Source of the DNA: Dehalococcoidia bacterium
GTDB taxonomy: Bacteria; Chloroflexota; Dehalococcoidia; DSTF01; RBG-16-68-14
Direction of reading: 5' to 3'
NCBI GenBank assembly: GCA_040902195.1
Contig: JBBDXS010000014.1
Location: 256,457-320,456, forward strand
DNA length: 64,000 bases
The notes beneath the pieces were generated by a model that was not told the DNA's origin, searched no databases, and saw only the letters and a list, made by a program, of their open reading frames with translations. This document shows positions 9,238 through 18,165 of this stretch, in pieces (positions within the stretch are counted from its first letter, which is position 1; each line of letters opens with the position of its first letter). A program made the translations under genes and the position numbers.

Positions 9238-10001
9238 CCGCCGATCTCGTCGCCCTCGGCGACGCTAACTACTACGAGGCCTGGGCCATGCTGGCGCGAG
9301 CCGCGTACGATGGCGACGTGCGCGACCTCGATGGCGTCCTGGTCACCACGGCGGGGACGCCGGTCCTGTGGCTCAACATCGCCTTCGTCACGCGGCGGCT
9401 CCCCGATCCTGAAGCGCAGCTCAGCGCCGCACGCGCCTACTTCGACGAGCGGGGCCTCCCGTTCCTCGTGCGCATCCGCGAGGGGCTGGACGAGGACGCC
9501 GAGCGCGCAGCCGGGCGCCTCGGCATGCCGTACACAGACACGATCCCCGGCATGGCGCTCGATCCGATCCCGCCCGCGCCGGACGCGACCGCGCCGCTCG
9601 CGATCGAGGAGGTCGACGCGCGCACGCTGGACGCGTTCGTCACGCTCAACGCCGAAGCGTTCGACATCCCGCTCGAGGCGTGTCGCAAGGTGCTACCGCC
9701 GGACATTCTCGAGGAGCCGCACGCGCACTGGTACCTCGGCCTCGCGGACGGCAAGCCGGCCGCGACATCCGGTCTCGTGATCACCGACGGCATCGCCGGT
9801 GTACACTTCGTCTCGACGGATGCCACCTACCGGCGCCGAGGGTTCGGCGAGGCGATGACGCGTCACGCCGCGCTCGAAGGCCGGAAGCGCGGCCTCTCGG
9901 TCGCCTACCTCCAGTCGTCGGAGATGGGCTATCCCGTCTACGAGCGTATGGGCTACCGGCGCGTGACCGGATACAAAACGTTTGTGACAAAGGAGACGTA
10001 A
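9234..10001 (+). CDS. GNAT family N-acetyltransferase
   Basis: Acetyl-CoA motif YRRRGFGEAMTRHAALEG near the C-terminus. The start overlaps the upstream stop by 4 nt. Confidence 0.7.
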   Translation: MTADLVALGDANYYEAWAMLARAAYDGDVRDLDGVLVTTAGTPVLWLNIAFVTRRLPDPEAQLSAARAYFDERGLPFLVRIREGLDEDAERAAGRLGMPYTDTIPGMALDPIPPAPDATAPLAIEEVDARTLDAFVTLNAEAFDIPLEACRKVLPPDILEEPHAHWYLGLADGKPAATSGLVITDGIAGVHFVSTDATYRRRGFGEAMTRHAALEGRKRGLSVAYLQSSEMGYPVYERMGYRRVTGYKTFVTKET

Positions 10002-10004
10002 GCG

Positions 10005-11342
10005 ATGTTCAGCGAACAAGAGATGAAGGACCTCGCCGATCGCACGCTAGCGATGAGCAAGGCAGACCAGACCGAGGTGCTGATCTTCTCGCCGCACAGC
10101 GCGCTGACGCGCTTCGCGAACAACTACATCCATCAAAACGTCGAGCAGCAGGACTTCGACGTCCGCGTGCGCTCGATCGTCGGCAAGAAGATAGGCGTCG
10201 CGGGCAGCAACGACACGTCGGACGAGGGGCTGCGCAACGTCGTCGACCGCGCGCTCATGCTGGCGCGCCATCAGCGCGAGAACCACGACTTCACGTCGCT
10301 CCCCGGGCCCAAGCCTATCACCTACGTCAACGGCTACGTCGAGCGGACGGCGCGCACGGGGCCGGAGGAGCGCGCGGCCGTCGTTAAGCAGATCTGCGAC
10401 GCCGCCAGCAGCAACGGACTCGTTGCCGCGGGCGCGTTCCGCACGTCGACGGCGGCGGTCGCCATCGCGAACTCGCTCGGCGTGTTCGCCTACGATCTCA
10501 CGACGATGACCGACATCAACACCGTCGTCATGGGCGAGCAGGGCTCGGGCCACGCCGAGCGCATCAGCATGGACGTCGGCGACATCGACGGCGCGGAGGT
10601 CGCGAAGGAGGCCGTCGATAAGGCGCTGCGCAACGTCAACCAGACCGAGATCCCCCCCGGCGAGTACGATGTCGTCTTCCAGCCGTACGCCGTCGCCGAC
10701 ATCCTCGATTTCTTCGCCTACCTTTCGTTCGGCGCGCAGGCGTTCCTGGAGAAGCGCAGCTTCATGGCGGGGCGCCTCGGCGAGCAGGTGATGGGCGAGA
10801 ACATCACGCTCTGGGACGACGGCCTCGCGCCCGACACGACGCCCAACCCGTTCGACTTCGAGGGCGTGCCGAAGCAGCGCGTGACGTTCGTCGACAAGGG
10901 CATCGCGCAGGGCGTCGTGTGGGACTCCTACACGGGCGGGAAGGAAGGCCGCGAGTCGACCGGTCACGCGCTGCCCGCGGGCAGCACGTTCGGGCCCGTG
11001 CCGTCGAACATGTACCTCCAGACCGGCGACGCGTCGATCGACGACATGGTCGCCTCGACGAAGCGCGGCGTCTGGGTGAGCCGCTTCTGGTACACGCGGC
11101 CTGTCCATCCGCTCAACGTCGTCGTGACCGGCATGACGCGCGACGGCACGTTCCTGATTGAGGACGGCAAGATCACCTCGCCGGTGCGCAACCTGCGCTT
11201 CACGCAGAGCTACCTGGACGCCATGAACAACGTCGAGCTGATCGGCAAGGACTCGATGCTGTCGCAGGCGATCGCGGGCGTCAGCCGCGTGCCGGCGCTC
11301 AAGATCCGCAACTGGAACTTCACCGGCGTCAGCCAGTACTAG
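10005..11342 (+). CDS. pmbA: PmbA/TldE (peptidase U62 partner of TldD)
   Basis: U62-family architecture without HExxxH. AAGGAG lies upstream of the ATG. This is the typical partner of tldD. Confidence 0.85.
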   Translation: MFSEQEMKDLADRTLAMSKADQTEVLIFSPHSALTRFANNYIHQNVEQQDFDVRVRSIVGKKIGVAGSNDTSDEGLRNVVDRALMLARHQRENHDFTSLPGPKPITYVNGYVERTARTGPEERAAVVKQICDAASSNGLVAAGAFRTSTAAVAIANSLGVFAYDLTTMTDINTVVMGEQGSGHAERISMDVGDIDGAEVAKEAVDKALRNVNQTEIPPGEYDVVFQPYAVADILDFFAYLSFGAQAFLEKRSFMAGRLGEQVMGENITLWDDGLAPDTTPNPFDFEGVPKQRVTFVDKGIAQGVVWDSYTGGKEGRESTGHALPAGSTFGPVPSNMYLQTGDASIDDMVASTKRGVWVSRFWYTRPVHPLNVVVTGMTRDGTFLIEDGKITSPVRNLRFTQSYLDAMNNVELIGKDSMLSQAIAGVSRVPALKIRNWNFTGVSQY

Positions 11343-11344
11343 GC

Positions 11345-11379
11345 GCTGGCCGCTGTTCGCTGGTCGCTGGTCGCTGGTA
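11345..11379 (+). repeat. Heptanucleotide tandem repeat (CGCTGGT x5, two units imperfect)
   Basis: CGCTGGC CGCTGTT CGCTGGT CGCTGGT CGCTGGT, immediately after the pmbA stop. Confidence 0.85.
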
Positions 11380-11579
11380 CGGTCCGAGACGCGAGCGCTG
11401 CCCGGCGGTTGACTTAGCTTTGCTGTTGCTCCTTTCACGACGCCTGGCCTCAGGTTCAGGACCGAATTAGTGCTCAATTTAGAAAAATTCCGGCGATTTC
11501 TGAATCTGAGTGCGTCGATTTATCGAGAAAAGATCTCTGTGACCTAGAGCACACTGCGTGGTTGCCCGAACGACTTGTC

Positions 11580-11633
11580 AGATCCCTCGGGCTCCCACCC
11601 CATCACGCTCTACCCCACACCCCTCGGGATGAC
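11580..11633 (+). repeat. Probable divergent member of repeat family A (AGATCCCTCGGG ... CCCTCGGGATGAC)
   Basis: Shares the AGATCC...GGATGAC ends with 18140-18165 and 33519-33544. The interior differs. Confidence 0.4.
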
Positions 11634-11927
11634 AGCGCGGGGGCGTTTCCGGGACGTCTCGCCATGTCCGTTATGAGCGGGTTTCCCCTGCCGCTGGCGA
11701 GAGGCGAGGGCACTGGAGGAGGGGGCGGGTCCAGGGAGGCACGATGGCGGACCGTTATCGGCCTGCGATGGGACGCCTCGCGTAGGGGGTTAGCCGCCAG
11801 CCGTCTTCCAGCCGGATGCCTTCGATTTGGGGCGAAGCATATCGGGTTGGCGAGAAAGCGCGAAGGGGGAGGTGGCACGATCTCGAAGCGCGATACTCGA
11901 AGCGCGACGGTAGCCCGCGAGGCGTTG

Positions 11928-11955
11928 GTAGGGGCGCATGGCCATGCGCCCCTAC
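11928..11955. repeat. 28-nt palindrome GTAGGGGCGCATGGCCATGCGCCCCTAC (copy 2)
   Basis: Identical to 952-979. Confidence 0.9.
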
Positions 11956-11982
11956 GGGAGCCTTGTGCGTTAGACTAGCCCG

Positions 11983-13308
11983 ATGCGCTCTCTGCTCCTA
12001 CACAGAGCGGCGTTGCTTGGCGGTATCCTGGCCGCCGCGTTCTGCATCCGCTTGGCATTCACGCTCTGGACCGAGCCCGTTCCTGCGCACTACTCGGACG
12101 CGCAGTACTACCAGGCGACCGCGGAAAGCCTTGCCCGTGGAGACGGCTACAGCGTCAAGTTCGGAGACGATGGCTTCGAACCCGGTAGTGACGCGAGCGA
12201 GCTTTGGCCGCCGGGGTACTCGATGTACCTGGCCGGCTGGTACACAGCTGTTGGGGACGAGCTGTGGGTCGCGCGAGCGGCGAACGTCGTCGCTGGCAGC
12301 CTAACAATAGTCCCGATCTTCTTCATCGGCCGGCGGTTATTCGACGAACGGACCGCCTTGCTGGCCGCCGCGATCGCGGCACTGCTCCCGAGCTTCGTCG
12401 TCTGGACGCCGGTGCTCCTCTCTGAAACGCTGTTTACGTTCCTCTTTGCATGCTGCATCGCTGGAGTGCTGTTCAGCACCAGCGAGCGACGCCTCCAGCC
12501 AGCGCTCGTGATCGCGAGCGCTCTCCTCATCGGCGTCACGGCGCTCGTTCGCGGTCAAGCGCTTGTGCTTGTACCCGTTGCCGCCGTTTGGTGGATGCTC
12601 AATCGAGTCGAGGCCAAGGAGATGTTGCGTTGGGGCGCGACCGCCCTAGTGACCGTCGCGGCCGTGCTCGGCGCGTGGACGGCACGAAATGCGATCGTCA
12701 TGGACGACCCAACTGTGCTTTCGGCAAACTTCGGGTACAACCTGCGCATCGGTCACGCCGACTACTCCACGGGCCGCTACATCGTGCCGGGCGATCTTTG
12801 GGAGGCGCAGCCCGGCATCACGTTTCAAGAGCGAGAGATCCTCTTCAATGACCTGGGTAGTAGGCGCGCGATCGACTACGCCGCCTCGCATCCGCTAGAT
12901 GAGCTGGAGCTGTCGGGCCGCAAAATCATGTGGCTCTGGCGTCCGGACAGCGACGGCCTGTTTTGGGTGTCCAGTTTCGGCGAAACGCCGCTGCCAGACG
13001 GCGCCCGCGAGCCGCTGCGCTGGGCGATCGACATCTCGTACCTGGCAGTCGTTGCCTTGGCGCTTGCGGGTCTATCGCGCCTGCGCAGCGCCGCGCTGTG
13101 GACGGTTCTCACGCCAATCGCGTTGTGGACCGTCGCTCACATCGTGTTCTTCGGCGAACCGCGCTACCACCTCCCAATGCTTGCCATGCTCGTGCCGCTG
13201 GCGGCGGGCGCAATCGTTTGGGCCATCGGGCGGCTTGTCGGAGCCCAAGGAAAACGAGGCCGACCGGGAAAGGTCACGGGAGGCCTGAAGGCCTCCCCTA
13301 CCGGCTAA
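11983..13308 (+). CDS. GT-C fold membrane glycosyltransferase (ArnT/PMT_2, GT39/83-like)
   Basis: Multi-pass membrane protein. The N-terminal loop YSDAQYYQATAESLARGDGYS is typical of ArnT-like enzymes. The last codons (GGLKASPTG) are encoded by a REP hairpin. Confidence 0.75.
   Translation: MRSLLLHRAALLGGILAAAFCIRLAFTLWTEPVPAHYSDAQYYQATAESLARGDGYSVKFGDDGFEPGSDASELWPPGYSMYLAGWYTAVGDELWVARAANVVAGSLTIVPIFFIGRRLFDERTALLAAAIAALLPSFVVWTPVLLSETLFTFLFACCIAGVLFSTSERRLQPALVIASALLIGVTALVRGQALVLVPVAAVWWMLNRVEAKEMLRWGATALVTVAAVLGAWTARNAIVMDDPTVLSANFGYNLRIGHADYSTGRYIVPGDLWEAQPGITFQEREILFNDLGSRRAIDYAASHPLDELELSGRKIMWLWRPDSDGLFWVSSFGETPLPDGAREPLRWAIDISYLAVVALALAGLSRLRSAALWTVLTPIALWTVAHIVFFGEPRYHLPMLAMLVPLAAGAIVWAIGRLVGAQGKRGRPGKVTGGLKASPTG
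13278..13301 (-). repeat. GTAGGG-headed hairpin (GTAGGGGAGGCC-TTCA-GGCCTCCC on the minus strand)
   Basis: 8-bp stem with a TGAA/TTCA loop between two convergent glycosyltransferase genes. Likely acts as a terminator. Confidence 0.8.
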
Positions 13309-13340
13309 CACCGGCGTTTCGGTGCATGGGAGCCTGCCCA

Positions 13341-14831
13341 CTACTCCAACCGGACGTACCGCCGTGCCGAGTAGTCGTACTGCAGCACGCACTTGTTCGT
13401 GATGAACGCGGCGAGCGCCGGCACGTCTTCGACAACCGCCGCGTTGACGTGATCGTAGTAGAGGTTGATCGCGGCCGGCGTGTGCTGGCCGTAGAGATCG
13501 AAGTACGGCGGCCTGACGACATACACGAAGCTATCGCGAGGCAGGGGTCCGCAGAGACTGCGGACGCTATCGATCATCTGCTCGTTGGCTTGCCCCTGCA
13601 AGGCGAACCAAGATTGCTGATCGCGCGTGCGCATCGGCGTGACGGCTAGCGCAAGAAGGAAGGCGGCCGCCAGCGCCGCGAAGGCGGTCATCTGCATCGA
13701 ACGTGGCGCCTGCCGTGCCAGCGTGGCCGCGCCCAGTACAACGAACGCGACGAACGGCAGCGCAGCGAGGTACGTGTATCGCAGCTCGATCCACTCGTCG
13801 AAGCCGGTGAAGGGGGCCAGAGCCGCAATCGTCCAGACGAACAGGAACCCCAACACTCGCTGCCGCTGCAACACACTGAACGTGCCGGCCAGCAGGAACA
13901 GAGCGGCCAGCACTTCGCGCGCGTGGAGGAAGTCGCCGGGCCGGTACGGCAGCACCAGCCATTCGAGGTAGCGCCAGAGATTCCGAGGCATGTGCCAGCC
14001 AATCGAGTTGAGTCGCTGCGGCACCAGCAGCTCGGCCAGCTCCATCGCCACGCCAAACGCGACGATCATCGTGATCGGCGCGCTGAGTGATGAGAGGAGT
14101 TGCCGGCGTGTTCGATGGATGTCGGCGGCCGGGATCGCGACGAGCACCGCCGGCAGAAGCACGGCGAGAATCATGGTCGATTCCTTGGTAAGCAGCGCGA
14201 AGAACGTAAGCACGAACGTCGCCGCCGCGTACCCGGGCCGGTGGACCCGATCGGTAAGGTACTTCGTATAGCAGAGCAGCGCTGCCAGCATGAGCGCGTA
14301 GCCGAACAGCTCCGAGACCTGAGCGACCCACGACACCGCGAAGTCGTACGTTGGCGCTACGACGAACAGCAGGCCGATAGCAGCCGCGACGATGGACGAC
14401 TTGGTGAGCCGCCACATGAGCAATACGGCAAGCGCGCCAACTGCTCCGTGCAGCCCGATGTTGACGGCGTGGAACGGTTGGGCGTGAAGACCGAACGGCT
14501 TGAACGCATAGAAGTAGATGTCGATGAGCGGCCGCCAAAACGGAGAAGCCTCGTCGAAGGGCTCTCCTCTCGTGAACGTAAACGCGCGGACCATCCCGCC
14601 CAGAAACGAGTGGTTGCGGACCGCGCGCAGGAAGAAGTAGTCGTCAAAGGCAAAGAAGCCGTTAACGCCAGGCCAGTAGACCGCAACGGATAGGACGAGG
14701 CAGGCGCTCATTGCAACGCCCACGAAGATGGCGTCGCGGTGGCCCACAGCCCATCGACGCGCGCGCAGGAGGCTCGAGTCCGAGGTAGACGAACGAAGGC
14801 CGCCCGCTGTACTTGTCAGCCGTTCCGCCAT
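13341..14831 (-). CDS. Polytopic membrane protein, GT-C/TMTC-PMT-like glycosyltransferase candidate
   Basis: More than 10 hydrophobic segments. FAFDDYFFL...FWRPL...FHAVNIGLHG resembles the N-terminal module of TMTC/PMT_2-type transferases. The start is set at MAERL (14831), 22 nt after the upstream gene stop. Confidence 0.6.
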   Translation of the reverse strand: MAERLTSTAGGLRSSTSDSSLLRARRWAVGHRDAIFVGVAMSACLVLSVAVYWPGVNGFFAFDDYFFLRAVRNHSFLGGMVRAFTFTRGEPFDEASPFWRPLIDIYFYAFKPFGLHAQPFHAVNIGLHGAVGALAVLLMWRLTKSSIVAAAIGLLFVVAPTYDFAVSWVAQVSELFGYALMLAALLCYTKYLTDRVHRPGYAAATFVLTFFALLTKESTMILAVLLPAVLVAIPAADIHRTRRQLLSSLSAPITMIVAFGVAMELAELLVPQRLNSIGWHMPRNLWRYLEWLVLPYRPGDFLHAREVLAALFLLAGTFSVLQRQRVLGFLFVWTIAALAPFTGFDEWIELRYTYLAALPFVAFVVLGAATLARQAPRSMQMTAFAALAAAFLLALAVTPMRTRDQQSWFALQGQANEQMIDSVRSLCGPLPRDSFVYVVRPPYFDLYGQHTPAAINLYYDHVNAAVVEDVPALAAFITNKCVLQYDYSARRYVRLE

Positions 14832-14853
14832 CGCCGCCTCCTGCGACGCGCCC

Positions 14854-15522
14854 CTACCCCTGCCGCCGCTTCGAGAGCTCTTGCAGCACGAAGGGATTCG
14901 TCTGCCGCTCGGCGTCGATGCGCGTCTCCTGCATGTGGCCCGGCAGCACGATGGTGTCGTCCGGCAGCGTGAGCAGCTTGTCGATGATACTCGCCATCTC
15001 CTGGTCGTAGTTGCCGCCGGGCAGGTCCGTGCGGCCAATCGAGCCGCGGAACAGCGTGTCGCCGCTGAAGAGCATGCCCTCCGTGTAGAACGAGACGCTC
15101 CCCTGCGTGTGGCCCGGCGTGTAGATCACCTTCAGCTTCAGGCCCGCCACCTCCACCTCGTCGCCGTCGTTGAGGAGGAAGTCCGGCTCGGGCGGCGGCG
15201 GCGCGGGCTGGCCGAGCATACGCGTCGCGTGCTCGCCGGCCATCCGCGCCAGCTCCACGTCGCCGGGGTGGAGGAGGAACGTCGCGTTCGTCGCGTCCTT
15301 CACGCCGCGGGCGCCGAGGATGTGGTCGATGTGCGCGTGCGAGTTGGCGATTTTCTTGATCGAGACGCCCATGTCGCGCGCGAGAGCGAGGATGTCCTCC
15401 GCCTGGTCGCCCGGATCGATGCAGATCGCCTCGCCGGTGCGGCGGTTGCCGACGACCCAGCAGTTCTCCGCAAACACACCTACGACGATCCCGCGCACCA
15501 TCAGCTCGTTAGGGTCGGGCAT
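14854..15522 (-). CDS. MBL-fold metallo-hydrolase (hydroxyacylglutathione hydrolase-like)
   Basis: SHAHIDH (HxHxDH) motif, later TPGHTQGS and a distal His. Confidence 0.85.
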   Translation of the reverse strand: MPDPNELMVRGIVVGVFAENCWVVGNRRTGEAICIDPGDQAEDILALARDMGVSIKKIANSHAHIDHILGARGVKDATNATFLLHPGDVELARMAGEHATRMLGQPAPPPPEPDFLLNDGDEVEVAGLKLKVIYTPGHTQGSVSFYTEGMLFSGDTLFRGSIGRTDLPGGNYDQEMASIIDKLLTLPDDTIVLPGHMQETRIDAERQTNPFVLQELSKRRQG

Positions 15523-15545
15523 GGCGGCATGGTAGCACGGGGGAA

Positions 15546-15617
15546 GAACCTTAGAACCTAGAACCTTTGAACCTCGAAGGGCGATCTCGTGGTTCCGTGG
15601 TTCCCTGGTTCTGGGGG
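15546..15617 (+). repeat. Two adjacent short tandem repeat blocks (AGAACCT-type heptads, then GTGGTTCC octads)
   Basis: GAACCTT AGAACCT AGAACCT TTGAACC TCGAAGG, then GTGGTTCC GTGGTTCC CTGGTTCT. Lies in a divergent intergenic region. Confidence 0.8.
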
Positions 15618-15682
15618 CGGGGCTGTGGAGGATGGGAAGCGCTTGCTACACTGCCGCACAACACGCAGGAAGCGAGCGCCTC

Positions 15683-16078
15683 ATGGCCCGGATGTTCTCC
15701 CTGGACGAAGCGAATGCGCTGATCCCGCGCATGAGCGAGATCGTGCGCGAGATGCAGGACAAGAAGCCCGAGGTCGATAGCCTGCGCGGCGAGCTGGGCG
15801 ACATGACCGAGACAGCCTCCGGCAACGGCCACCTGGTCGAGGGCGACATGCGGGAGAAGCGGCGGCGCGCCCAGATCCTCGTCGAGCGGCTGAACGCGCT
15901 GCTCGAGGAGCTGAGCGGCATCGGCTGCGAGCTGAAGGGCGTCGAAGAGGGGCTGATCGACTTTCCCACGACGCGCGAAGGCCGCACCGTCTACCTCTGC
16001 TGGAAGCTCGGCGAAGAGCGCATCGAGTTCTGGCACGAGCTCGACACGGGGTTCGCGGGGCGCCAGCCGCTCTCGTGA
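15683..16078 (+). CDS. DUF2203 family protein
   Basis: N-terminus MARMFSLDEANALIPRM and C-terminal LCWKLGEERIEFWH are characteristic of DUF2203. Confidence 0.65.
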   Translation: MARMFSLDEANALIPRMSEIVREMQDKKPEVDSLRGELGDMTETASGNGHLVEGDMREKRRRAQILVERLNALLEELSGIGCELKGVEEGLIDFPTTREGRTVYLCWKLGEERIEFWHELDTGFAGRQPLS

Positions 16079-16875
16079 GCGAAGAGCGGCTCGGCTTCGA
16101 CAACGTCCCGGAGATCTACGACCGCGCCCGGCCCTCGTACCCGGCCGCGCTGTTCGAAGACCTGCTGACGTATCTCGATGCGCCGCCAGGCCAGGTCGTG
16201 CGCGCGGTCGAGATCGGGCCGGGCACCGGCAAAGCGACGGCGTCGTTGCTCGAACGCAGCGTCGAGGTGACGGCGGTCGAGATCGGCGTGAACCTCGCGG
16301 CGTTCCTGCGGAAGAAGCTTCCGGACGAGCGCCTGACCGTGATCAACGCCGCCTACGAGGACATCGCGCTCGAACCTGCGAGCTACGACCTCGTCGTATC
16401 CGCGACGGCCTTCCACTGGGTCGATCCCGCCGTGCGGCTCCGCAAGTCCCACGAGGCGCTACGAGCCGCCGGAGCGATCGCGATCATCGAGACGAACCAG
16501 ATCGCGTCGGACGCCGACCGCGGCTTCTTCAAACCCATGCATCAGATCATCCTGAAGCACAGCCCCGGCGAGAAGTGGGACGATCCGCCCAGCGACGACG
16601 TCACGCCCGCAATCTACGACGAGCTGCTCGCGAGCGAGCTGTTCGCCGGCGTAGAGCTGCGTCGCTATCGATGGGACCAGACGTACTCGACGGCGCAGTA
16701 CGCCGACCTCACGCGGTCCTTCGGCGGCACACAGGCGATGGAGCACGACGCGGCAGAGTCGATGGTCGCGGAGATCTGCGACCTCGTCGACCGCGAGTTC
16801 GGCGGCTCCGTGACGCGGCCGCTCGTCATGACGCTGACGCTGGGGCGCAAGCGGAGCGACGATAGCAGCGCCTAG
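16075..16875 (+). CDS. Class I SAM-dependent methyltransferase
   Basis: Motif I VEIGPGTGKAT. The start overlaps the upstream stop by 4 nt. Confidence 0.8.
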   Translation: MSEERLGFDNVPEIYDRARPSYPAALFEDLLTYLDAPPGQVVRAVEIGPGTGKATASLLERSVEVTAVEIGVNLAAFLRKKLPDERLTVINAAYEDIALEPASYDLVVSATAFHWVDPAVRLRKSHEALRAAGAIAIIETNQIASDADRGFFKPMHQIILKHSPGEKWDDPPSDDVTPAIYDELLASELFAGVELRRYRWDQTYSTAQYADLTRSFGGTQAMEHDAAESMVAEICDLVDREFGGSVTRPLVMTLTLGRKRSDDSSA

Positions 16876-17046
16876 CGCCGCCGCCTGGAACGTTTGGACA
16901 GCCCTGGATAACGAGTCAATACGCCGGGTCTATTGCAGTTAGGCTCTCGCCTGGGTAAGCTCGGCAGTAGTTGTGAAACGTGTTACACTAGCGAGGCTGG
17001 CCGCGGGAGACGCCGGCAGGTGTTTGGGAGGGAGTCAGAGACGGAT

Positions 17047-17559
17047 ATGGATCGTACCCTAACCGATTTGAGGCTCCGTCGAGAGACGATCGCCGACATG
17101 GTGGGCGGCGAGCCCGTCTATCGCGCCGAGGCCCTCGTGGCGACGACGACAAAGGCTCCGGAGTTCATCGATATCACCGACGAGGTCCAGAGCATCGTGG
17201 CGGATTCCGGCGTCCGGCACGGCCAGGCGGCTATCTTCTCCTGCCATACGACAGCGGCGATCCGGGTGAACGAGAACGAGCCGCTCCTGCTCCAGGACAT
17301 GGCCCGTCTGCTCCACGAGATCGCGCCCCTCCACGGCGAGTACGAGCACAATGACTTCACGCGCCGCACCGTCAATATGGAAGAGGACGAGTGCGCGAAC
17401 GGCCACGCTCATTGCCAGCACCTCTTCCTTAGCACGAGCGAGACGGTGCCAATCCTGGACGGGCGGATGACGCTCGGCACGTGGCAGCGCATCTTCCTGA
17501 TCGAGCTGGACCGCCCGCGCGACCGGAAGGTGCTCGTCAGCATCGTCGGCGTTAAGTAG
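17047..17559 (+). CDS. YjbQ/UPF0047 family protein (secondary thiamine-phosphate synthase-like)
   Basis: FIDITDEV...HTTAAIRVNENEP...H...NGHAHCQHLFL...GTWQRIFLIELD are UPF0047 signatures. Confidence 0.8.
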   Translation: MDRTLTDLRLRRETIADMVGGEPVYRAEALVATTTKAPEFIDITDEVQSIVADSGVRHGQAAIFSCHTTAAIRVNENEPLLLQDMARLLHEIAPLHGEYEHNDFTRRTVNMEEDECANGHAHCQHLFLSTSETVPILDGRMTLGTWQRIFLIELDRPRDRKVLVSIVGVK

Positions 17560-17591
17560 ACCTCAAGCAAGCAACGTTCTCTAGGATAGTT

Positions 17592-18089
17592 CGAGGCTCG
17601 AAGTTCGATGTTCGAGGGTGCTTGGGGGTGCGCCTCGGACGAGAGTGCGAGCCGATTGTAGTGCGTGCGCGCGCAGCGGGAGGGCTGAAGCCCTCCCCTA
17701 CACGACAATCGAGGCTCGAAGTTCGATGTTTGGGGGTGGCGGCTGTTCTGTCTCGAACGGGATCAGGAGCAGACGGAAGCAGTGACGTTGCGGGAGGGCT
17801 GAAGCCCTCCCCTACACGACAATCGAGGCTGGAAGTTCGATGTTCGAGGGTGCTTGGGGGTGCGCCTCGGACGAGAGTGCGAGCCGATTGTAGTGCGTGC
17901 GCGCGCAGCGGGAGGGCTGAAGCCCTCCCCTACACGACAATCGAGGCTGGAAGTTCGATGTTCGAGGGTGCTTGGGGGTGCGCCTCGGACGAGAGTGCGA
18001 GCCGATTGTAGTGCGTGCGCGCGCAGCGGGAGGGCTGAAGCCCTCCCCTACACGACAATCGAGGCTCGAAGTTCGATGTTCGAGGGTGC
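17592..18089 (+). repeat. Tandem array, ~4.2 copies of a 118-bp unit (periods 118/114/118/118)
   Basis: Unit starts at 17592, 17710, 17824, 17942 and 18060. Each unit is GCTCGAA-GTTCGAT-GTTCGAG heptads, a ~65-nt segment, and the hairpin GGGAGGGC-TGAA-GCCCTCCC-CTAC. Unit 2 has a different internal segment. Confidence 0.95.
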
Positions 18090-18139
18090 ATTGTGTTCTC
18101 TTGGTGGCGGACGGGTAAAGAGCGGCGGAGAGTGGAGCG

Positions 18140-18165
18140 AGATCCTTCGCTGCGCTCAGGATGAC
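18140..18165 (-). repeat. Repeat family A half-element (AGATCCTTCGCTGCGCTCAGGATGAC)
   Basis: 25 of 26 nt identical to 33519-33544. Provides the last codons and stop of tupC. Confidence 0.8.

Noticed and set aside
11562-11978. 138-aa ORF in the pmbA to GT-C intergenic region
   Set aside because: It is composed of family A-like, Gly-run and palindrome repeat sequences (ends ...VGAHGHAPLR). It has no coding periodicity or homology pattern, so the region is treated as non-coding repeat DNA. The AT-rich patch at ~11440-11560 remains unexplained.
16876-17046. Possible TPP riboswitch upstream of the yjbQ-family gene (CTGGATAAC resembles part of the THI-box)
   Set aside because: The essential CUGAGA and ACCUGAUCUGGAUAAUGCCAGCG elements are absent. 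The resemblance is limited to 8 nt.
17592-18089. Possible CRISPR array (regular repeats with a palindromic core and one different 'spacer')
   Set aside because: The period of 114-118 nt is far from CRISPR geometry. Three of the four inter-repeat segments are identical to each other. The conserved part is 53 nt and includes heptad repeats. No cas genes or leader are nearby. It is better described as a tandem duplication of a REP-containing mosaic unit.
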